Below are positions 58,199 to 64,000 of a DNA stretch of 64,000 nt, one piece after another; within the stretch, counting starts at the first letter, position 1, and each line of letters starts with the position of its first letter. Source of the stretch: an uncultured Planctomycetales bacterium (GTDB lineage Bacteria; Omnitrophota; Gorgyraeia; Zapsychrales; Zapsychraceae); the NCBI GenBank assembly GCA_964535935.1, contig CAZHWM010000020.1:1210-65209 (forward strand), in the 5' to 3' direction. The notes under the pieces were generated by a model. The model was not told where the DNA came from. It saw only the letters and a program-made list of their open reading frames with translations, and searched no databases. A program made the position numbers and the translations under genes.

Positions 58199-59392
58199 TT
58201 AATGGCTCCATAAAGGTAACTCTATTTTAAAACGAAGGCCACCATTTCCTGCCCTCTCCACATCTATAATTCCTCCATGCCCTTCAATAATAGAACGGCA
58301 AATAGGCAACCCTAACCCAGTTCCTTTCCCTGCTGGTTTTGTTGTAAAAAATGGCTCCCATATCTTTTCTAATTTATCATCTTCAAGCCCAGGGCCATTA
58401 TCCTCTACTATAATAAAAACACTATCATCTGAGTTACTTACATCTATCAGTAACCTTGCATCTTTCATCCCCTCCATCGCATCTGCTGCATTTATAAATA
58501 AGTTTATCAAAACCTGCTCTATCTGCTGAGGATCACCTTTCACAATTAATTCCTTTTCAGGCAATCTTTTTTCTACAAGCACGCGATTCTTTAATGCCTT
58601 ATGACAAAGGGTAAGTGCTGTTTCTATCCTATCAGCTATAGAAAAAGGTATCTTTTCCGTAGTTTCTTTTCTTGAAAAGGCCTTTAGACTATCAACGACC
58701 TTTCTTATCCTAACTACACCATCTTTTATCCCAGCAATAAGAGATGGCATTTCCTCATAAATAAATTTCAATCTTTCATCATCTCCGCAGTTACAACCTT
58801 TCTCTTCCATTGCCTTACTTAATACCGCCCAGAACTTCTCTAACGTCTGAACATTCCCACTTATGAAGGTAGTAGGATTTTTTATCTCATGGGCCAGCCC
58901 AGCAGATAATGTCCCAATGGTGGCAAGTCTATCAGCATGAACCAATTGTCTTGCCCGTTCTTCTGCTAATTTCTCCATATCACGAGCAAACTCTTCTATT
59001 TTTTTCTTAGCAAAATATAATCCTAAATGAGTCTTTACTCGCACAGAAAGCTCTTCCATAACAATTGGCTTAATCAGATAATCAACAGCCCCTGCCTTAA
59101 ACGCATCAACTATTTCTCTAGTATCTGTAGACCCTGTTAGAAAAATAATCGGAACATCATTTCCTATCTTAGTTTGTTTTATCTTCCTACATAACTCAAT
59201 GCCGTTCATCTCAGGCATATTATAATCTAATATAAACATATCAGCAGACAATCCCTCTTCTATCTTCTGTAATGCCTCTAGCCCACTATGTATAGCTACC
59301 ATCTCATATCCTGACATCAACTCACTAGAACCAACTATTTCAGGCAATGTTACATCATCATCTACCATGACAATCTTTGGCTTCAATGACAA
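58199..59392 (-). CDS. receiver-histidine kinase hybrid (REC-HisKA-HATPase, no sensor domain)
   Basis: N-terminal REC (IVMVDDD ... FILDYNMPEMNG ... LIKP), H-box GLAHEIKNPTT, N box LINLFINAADA, G boxes DNGPGL and GTGLGL. It has a TTG start after AGGAGGG. Confidence 0.9.
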   Translation of the reverse strand: MSLKPKIVMVDDDVTLPEIVGSSELMSGYEMVAIHSGLEALQKIEEGLSADMFILDYNMPEMNGIELCRKIKQTKIGNDVPIIFLTGSTDTREIVDAFKAGAVDYLIKPIVMEELSVRVKTHLGLYFAKKKIEEFARDMEKLAEERARQLVHADRLATIGTLSAGLAHEIKNPTTFISGNVQTLEKFWAVLSKAMEEKGCNCGDDERLKFIYEEMPSLIAGIKDGVVRIRKVVDSLKAFSRKETTEKIPFSIADRIETALTLCHKALKNRVLVEKRLPEKELIVKGDPQQIEQVLINLFINAADAMEGMKDARLLIDVSNSDDSVFIIVEDNGPGLEDDKLEKIWEPFFTTKPAGKGTGLGLPICRSIIEGHGGIIDVERAGNGGLRFKIELPLWSH

Positions 59393-59420
59393 TCGTCCCT
59401 CCTATCACAAACTACAAATA

Positions 59421-59813
59421 TTACTTAGGATCACCTAATTTCTCCTTAATCTTAGAGATTAACTTGTCTGGATCTATCGGTTTTACAATATAATCATCAC
59501 ATCCTATTGAGAAGGCCTCATTCACAGGCTCTTTAAACGCGGTAACCATAATAATCGGCAACCCCTCCCCCAAAGGGATCCCAGCCTTCTTTTCGTTTTC
59601 TCTAACCAACTTAAGGAACTCGACTCCATCCATATCAGGCATAGCCACATCTAACAAAACAAGGTCATATCCCCCTTTCTTCAATGACTGATTATATGCC
59701 TCAATAGCCTCTCTACCATTTGCTGCAACATCACAAACAGCAAAATCTCTTAAAATCTCCAAAATCAGTTGTCTATTAGTAAAATTATCATCTACTACTA
59801 AGATCTTCCACAT
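59421..59813 (-). CDS. single-domain response regulator (receiver only)
   Basis: KILVVDDNFTNRQL ... LVLLDVAMPDMDG ... IMVTA ... IVKP. Confidence 0.85.
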   Translation of the reverse strand: MWKILVVDDNFTNRQLILEILRDFAVCDVAANGREAIEAYNQSLKKGGYDLVLLDVAMPDMDGVEFLKLVRENEKKAGIPLGEGLPIIMVTAFKEPVNEAFSIGCDDYIVKPIDPDKLISKIKEKLGDPK

Positions 59814-59880
59814 ACCTATGCCTCCAAATTATTTATAATTGATCACAAAAGACACCTTCTCCTAAAATAAAAATACAACA

Positions 59881-60240
59881 TCAGGCTACAACATTCATTC
59901 TCAATTCTTCAAATGCCTTTTTAAATAAAACAAACTGTTCTCTTATTCTCTCTATATCCCTATGTTCTTTAGCAAAACTATCTATAGCCTCTGCTGTTTT
60001 ATATAATGCCTCCAATCTGAGATTGCCATATACACCTTTCAACCTATGTGCTAAAGGTTGAATTAAAGAAAAATTTTCTGAACCTATCGCAGATTCAAGT
60101 TCCTTAATATCTTTTTCTCCCTGGTTTATAGAAGAAGATAAAATTTTTAAATATACTTCCGGAGCAATATGTAATGTCCGACTATTTTCTTTTATAAGAG
60201 ATTCCCAATCACTTCTAGGGGAAAAGATACCTTCATCCAT
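59881..60240 (-). CDS. stand-alone Hpt phosphotransfer protein
   Basis: 119 aa, all-helical composition, with AHRLKGVYGNLRL (HxxKG Hpt motif). Confidence 0.7.
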   Translation of the reverse strand: MDEGIFSPRSDWESLIKENSRTLHIAPEVYLKILSSSINQGEKDIKELESAIGSENFSLIQPLAHRLKGVYGNLRLEALYKTAEAIDSFAKEHRDIERIREQFVLFKKAFEELRMNVVA

Positions 60241-60263
60241 CCTATCTCACCACCCTCCTCGAA

Positions 60264-60848
60264 TTATTCCGAATTAATATTATTATCATCTTTCCTTGAC
60301 TGCTCAACCAACTGGCTTAACTTATCAAAGGCACTAACCGAAGCCTCCTTTTGTGCATCAACCGTACTATTTCCACCAACCTGATGTAGCCGATATGCAA
60401 ATTTCAATTGAAAACAAATATCTTTCTCACAACAATATGCCTGCGTAAATTCTAACGTCTTATCAGATTTAACAGACTCAATATTATCTCCTTTAACTGT
60501 AGTGGGTATACTTATATCAAATTTATATTCCGTAGAATCCATCTTCATTTTAACCCCACCAGCTATCATATTTATTATCTCTCCTACACCATCCATAACA
60601 TCAGGAGAATCTGGTTCTATTTCTATCCCCAACATTTTAGATACAATATCCGCTGCTATGTCAACAGTAATCCATAACGAAATATTACCTTCAATAGCTC
60701 CAGCAAGACCAATAGAACTTATAATCATATTCTCCTGTAATGAAAAAGACATATTAGTATTTAATTCAGGAGAAAGAGACAGCGTAACACTAAAAGTATC
60801 CGCTACTGCTCTCTTTAGTGCATCCTCTAATTGTTGTTGTAATTCCAC
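60264..60848 (-). CDS. cheX: CheX-type CheY-P phosphatase
   Basis: IISSIGLAGAIEGNISL ... VMDGVGEIINMIAGGVK ... ISIPTTVKG matches the CheX layout (E-x2-N motif). It has an extra C-terminal segment of about 50 aa. Confidence 0.8.
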   Translation of the reverse strand: MELQQQLEDALKRAVADTFSVTLSLSPELNTNMSFSLQENMIISSIGLAGAIEGNISLWITVDIAADIVSKMLGIEIEPDSPDVMDGVGEIINMIAGGVKMKMDSTEYKFDISIPTTVKGDNIESVKSDKTLEFTQAYCCEKDICFQLKFAYRLHQVGGNSTVDAQKEASVSAFDKLSQLVEQSRKDDNNINSE

Positions 60849-60955
60849 GATAATCCTCTCTCTTTAAATAAAATATATCCTATATATCTTTATACAGAGC
60901 AAACTGATACCCCATGCCCTATCCTAATAAAAACCTAAAAAAGGTATATATTCAT

Positions 60956-61333
60956 TTACAATATAGACTGTATTGTCTCTTTTAGTTTTTCAGGAGTAAA
61001 AGGTTTAGGAATATACCCAGCCAAATTAGGATTTGCTGCCTTAGCCTCGTTTATTTTCTCTTCTGTTCCCTCTGTAGTCACCATAACAACAGGGATATTA
61101 GCGACTGCCGGAACCTTTGCAACCGCCTGTATAAACTCTAACCCAGACATATTTGGCATGTTCCAGTCACATAAAACAAGCCCCACATCCTGATAATTAG
61201 CAGCTAATACCTCTATTGCCTGATTTCCATCTCCTGCCTCTAGCACCTCATTTTCATAGCCTGCCTTACGAATAATAGATATTATCATTTTTCTTTGAAC
61301 ACCAGAGTCATCTACCACCAAAATTTTTTTCAT
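60956..61333 (-). CDS. cheY: chemotaxis response regulator CheY
   Basis: 125 aa. KILVVDDSGVQRKM ... LVLCDWNMPNMSG ... VVMVTTEG ... YIPKPFT. Confidence 0.9.
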   Translation of the reverse strand: MKKILVVDDSGVQRKMIISIIRKAGYENEVLEAGDGNQAIEVLAANYQDVGLVLCDWNMPNMSGLEFIQAVAKVPAVANIPVVMVTTEGTEEKINEAKAANPNLAGYIPKPFTPEKLKETIQSIL

Positions 61334-61387
61334 TATAAACCTCCTCTTCTTTTATCTTACTTTTTATAAAACTATGCTTTAAATTCA

Positions 61388-61966
61388 CTATAAATGCTCC
61401 ACAGGTGCCATAGTTATACTAATCACCATAGTCTTCTCCTTCCAGAGATAAAAAGTTAATTCATAAAGCTTATATTCGTTATAATTAAACTCAACACCCC
61501 CAGGGATATCATTTTTTGCTTTAATAGGAGCAGAAATCGTCAAATCTTTATACCCTAATGAGGTTAACTCATTCTTAAATTGGCCAGTAATAATATTTGC
61601 GAGCTCTCCACAACAATCCAATATTATCTCTTCATCTTCTTCATCAGCATCCTCAAACCCAAGCGCCTTCAAAAAACGGACCGCAAGGTCTTCTCTTATA
61701 TAAATCACTATAGCGCCAACAGGATCATGTTCCTCTAAATGTCTTGGCGATAAATAAAAATTAATTGCAGATACATAACAAGGACCATTAAACTTTTCTA
61801 ACCCAAAGGTCTGCATCCTGCTTGCATACTCTATAATCTCCTTCTCCTCAAACTCAGGATCCTGAGACAACTTAAGCTTATACATCTCTTCTAATGTATT
61901 TTGTACACATCCCATCAATGTTGTCGCAATTACCTGAGGGTCAAACTCTCTATCTTTAGCCACCAT
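61388..61966 (-). CDS. CheX/CheC-like protein (divergent)
   Basis: ILDCCGELANIITGQFK (E-x2-N-x3-G) and TISAPIKAKN in a CheX-like arrangement. The start is set at the ATG (MVAKDREF) after an AAGGGGA RBS; the track uses an upstream GTG. Confidence 0.5.
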   Translation of the reverse strand: MVAKDREFDPQVIATTLMGCVQNTLEEMYKLKLSQDPEFEEKEIIEYASRMQTFGLEKFNGPCYVSAINFYLSPRHLEEHDPVGAIVIYIREDLAVRFLKALGFEDADEEDEEIILDCCGELANIITGQFKNELTSLGYKDLTISAPIKAKNDIPGGVEFNYNEYKLYELTFYLWKEKTMVISITMAPVEHL

Positions 61967-62009
61967 ACAAGATCCCCTTACTATCACCTAGCCTTCTATA
62001 AATTTCTCA

Positions 62010-62423
62010 TTATTCCTTACTATCCCTTGCTTCAGATACATTCTTTCTCATAGATAGGATAAGTTTAATTATATCGTGACGACTTACAATACCTACTAAC
62101 TTCCCATCATTTATAATAGGAACCCTACGTTTATTACTATTCTTAAAAAAATCACATACATCAATAGCACTATCATCTTCTTTAAAACTAATAACATCTC
62201 GTGTCATATAATCACCAACCGTTGCACTCTTATTCACCTCTGCATCTGTCAATAAATGCAAAACATCCCACTCACTAACAAGCCCTACCAACCTATTTTC
62301 TTTATCTACAACTGGCAAACCACTTATTCTATATGTCGCAAGTAACTCTATCGCATCATATATAGACGTATGTTCCTCTACTGTGATAGGATTTCTTGTC
62401 ATAAAATCTTTAACAGGAAACAT
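62010..62423 (-). CDS. CBS-domain pair protein
   Basis: Two CBS motifs (VKDFMTRNPITV ... ISGLPVVDKENRLVGLVS and VGDYMTRDVISF ... RRVPIINDGKLVGIVS). The start is set at the ATG after a GGGAGG RBS; the track uses an upstream TTG. Confidence 0.85.
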   Translation of the reverse strand: MFPVKDFMTRNPITVEEHTSIYDAIELLATYRISGLPVVDKENRLVGLVSEWDVLHLLTDAEVNKSATVGDYMTRDVISFKEDDSAIDVCDFFKNSNKRRVPIINDGKLVGIVSRHDIIKLILSMRKNVSEARDSKE

Positions 62424-62451
62424 TATATTCCTCCCTTTACGCAAAAAACTA

Positions 62452-63519
62452 TTAAACAGGTTTTCTCGTAGATACTAACCTTATAAGTTCTGCAGATATA
62501 TCTTTTAATGATTTAACCTTTTCTACTGCTCCTATCTCATAAGCAACCTTGGGCATGCCATATACTATACAACTCCTCTCATCCTGGCCTATTGTTCTAG
62601 CCCCTGCCTGTCTCATTTTCAACAAACCATCTGCCCCATCTCTACCCATTCCTGTTAATATTACTCCTATAGCATTAGAGCCTGCATACTTTGCAACAGA
62701 TGCAAACAATACATCCACTGCTGGTCTCTGATGATGGACCATAGGACCATCCTGAATACGCACATAATATCTGGCCCCACTCCTACGCAATATCATATGA
62801 AAATTCCCAGGGGCAAGTAATGCTAAACCTGGTCGCACAGTATCGTTATCCTCCGCCTCTTTTACTTCTAAGGCAGTTATCCTATCCAAACTATTTGCAA
62901 AGGATTTTGTAAAATTAGCAGGCATATGCTGCGCCATTACTATTCCGGGGAAATTAGCTGGTAATGCAGGTAAAATCTCACGTATCGCCTCTGTTCCACC
63001 TGTAGATGCACCAATTGCCACCACAATATCTGTCGTCTTTATCATCGCTGCAGTTGCTGGCGAAGGTGGTTTAGATATGGAAGGTCTTGGCCGTAGTGTT
63101 GTAATTTTTCCCTTTGCCATTGCAGCAGCAGTAATTTTATCTACAAGATAAGTTATCATCTCATTAAGTTTATAAGAAACATCTAACTCTGGCTTCTGAA
63201 TAACCTCAATAGCACCTAATTCCATAGCACGCATAGCGGTCTCACAACCAGCTGGAGTTAACGAACTTAATATAATCACAGGCATAGGATGTGCCTTCAT
63301 AAGTTTCTCAAGAAAAGTTATGCCGTCCATTCTCGGCATTTCAACATCTAAGGTGATAACATCTGGCTTATCTCGAACAATTCTATCCCTTGCAAAATAT
63401 GGGTCAGGCACAGCTCCTATCACTTCTATATTAGGATACTTACTAAGTTCTCTAGTTAGAATATTTCTAACTACAGCAGAATCATCAACAATTAATACCT
63501 TTATCTTTTTGTTTTCCAT
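62452..63519 (-). CDS. cheB: chemotaxis protein-glutamate methylesterase CheB
   Basis: N-terminal REC (IKVLIVDDSAVVRNIL ... ITLDVEMPRMDG) and a C-terminal methylesterase domain (IGASTGG, HMP, GMGRDGA). Confidence 0.95.
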   Translation of the reverse strand: MENKKIKVLIVDDSAVVRNILTRELSKYPNIEVIGAVPDPYFARDRIVRDKPDVITLDVEMPRMDGITFLEKLMKAHPMPVIILSSLTPAGCETAMRAMELGAIEVIQKPELDVSYKLNEMITYLVDKITAAAMAKGKITTLRPRPSISKPPSPATAAMIKTTDIVVAIGASTGGTEAIREILPALPANFPGIVMAQHMPANFTKSFANSLDRITALEVKEAEDNDTVRPGLALLAPGNFHMILRRSGARYYVRIQDGPMVHHQRPAVDVLFASVAKYAGSNAIGVILTGMGRDGADGLLKMRQAGARTIGQDERSCIVYGMPKVAYEIGAVEKVKSLKDISAELIRLVSTRKPV

Positions 63520-63584
63520 AACTCTTATAGTTTATCTCTTTAATTAAAAATCCTCAAGGATAATACCCAAAATTTCAAAACAAG

Positions 63585-64000
63585 TTATGCTATCCTTTGA
63601 AAAAGTGCCGGCCCCACCACACGTACACGATTTTTTACAGAGCCAACCAATGTCTCAGAATGGCCAATAAACAGATAACCTCCTATCTCTAAAAAATTTA
63701 ATAATTTATGCACAAGGCTCTGCTGAGTAGCCTGATCAAAATAAATCATTACATTCCTACAAAAAATAAAATCAAACCTACCCTTAAACGGAAACTGTGG
63801 CCGCATAAGATTAAATCTCCTAAACACAATAAAAGACTTAAGTTCTGGTTTCACCTTGTAAAATTTCTCTCCTGCAACATCTTCTCTATCGAAATATTTA
63901 CTTATAATTAAAGGAGATACTCCCTTAAACTGATTAGCCCTATACCTTCCTTCTATCGCCTTAGCAAGGGCCTTTGTAGATATATCAGTAGCAAGCATCT
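63585..64000 (-). CDS. cheR: chemotaxis protein methyltransferase CheR (C-terminal part; start lies beyond the window)
   Basis: The frame is open to the right edge. ...ATDISTKALAKAIEGRY ... FDFIFCRNVMIYFD ... GGYLFIGHSE is a CheR SAM-dependent methyltransferase domain. Confidence 0.9.
   Translation of the reverse strand, partial: MLATDISTKALAKAIEGRYRANQFKGVSPLIISKYFDREDVAGEKFYKVKPELKSFIVFRRFNLMRPQFPFKGRFDFIFCRNVMIYFDQATQQSLVHKLLNFLEIGGYLFIGHSETLVGSVKNRVRVVGPALFQRIA

Overview
This is a 64-kb, visibly AT-rich bacterial chromosomal segment. All but three of about 70 genes lie on the minus strand. No database or HMM search was run; every call rests on reading the ORF translations and the DNA by eye.

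Gene content, left to right:
- 0.3-11.7 kb: a surface-polysaccharide locus with four GT4 glycosyltransferases, a MurJ/MOP-type flippase, a Wzy/O-antigen-ligase-like protein and a twitch/SPASM-type radical SAM enzyme. It is split by about 1 kb of non-coding scar and by the only plus-strand operon: an unlisted DUF5320-like zinc-ribbon ORF, an Mrp/ApbC ATPase and a radical SAM protein.
- 11.9-14.5 kb: a heat-shock locus with an HspR-like MerR regulator, a CIRCE-like inverted repeat, two cytosolic-type Hsp20 genes, a small membrane protein and a membrane-anchored Hsp20.
- 14.7-19.5 kb: a DUF2892 protein plus an RND/MMPL exporter, a LolA-like protein and a beta-barrel protein.
- 19.5-23.2 kb: a sulfur/redox group with ArsR, a CoA-disulfide-reductase-rhodanese fusion, an unlisted small Cys-containing membrane ORF, a CoA-binding protein, a mini ABC-type ATPase and thioredoxin.
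- 23.3-27.2 kb: a CPA2 antiporter, a CDF transporter and a patatin-like protein.
- 27.4-41.1 kb: the dcw cluster from mraZ to murC, with its promoter and MraZ boxes.
- 41.3-50.3 kb: housekeeping genes (ribF, truB, a DHH phosphoesterase, rbfA, a CCA/poly(A) nucleotidyltransferase, xerD, ligA and others).
- 50.4-53.9 kb: an HtrA-like protease with a C-terminal alpha-crystallin domain, then nfu and metXW.
- 54.0-64.0 kb: a chemosensory cluster with a CheD-receiver fusion, an orphan Hpt, cheA, an embedded Hpt/REC/REC-kinase relay, two CheX-like genes, cheY, a CBS-pair protein, cheB and a partial cheR.

No rRNA, tRNA, CRISPR array or intact mobile element was recognised.

Most interesting observations:
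- Alpha-crystallin (sHSP) domains appear to be targeted to the cell envelope, in the HtrA-ACD fusion and possibly in the membrane-anchored Hsp20.
- A CIRCE-like operator sits next to an HspR-like regulator.
- The chemosensory cluster carries unusual fusions and an embedded phosphorelay.
- A structured 33-bp repeat family with flipped hairpin loops occurs at three loci, one of them inside the dcw operon.
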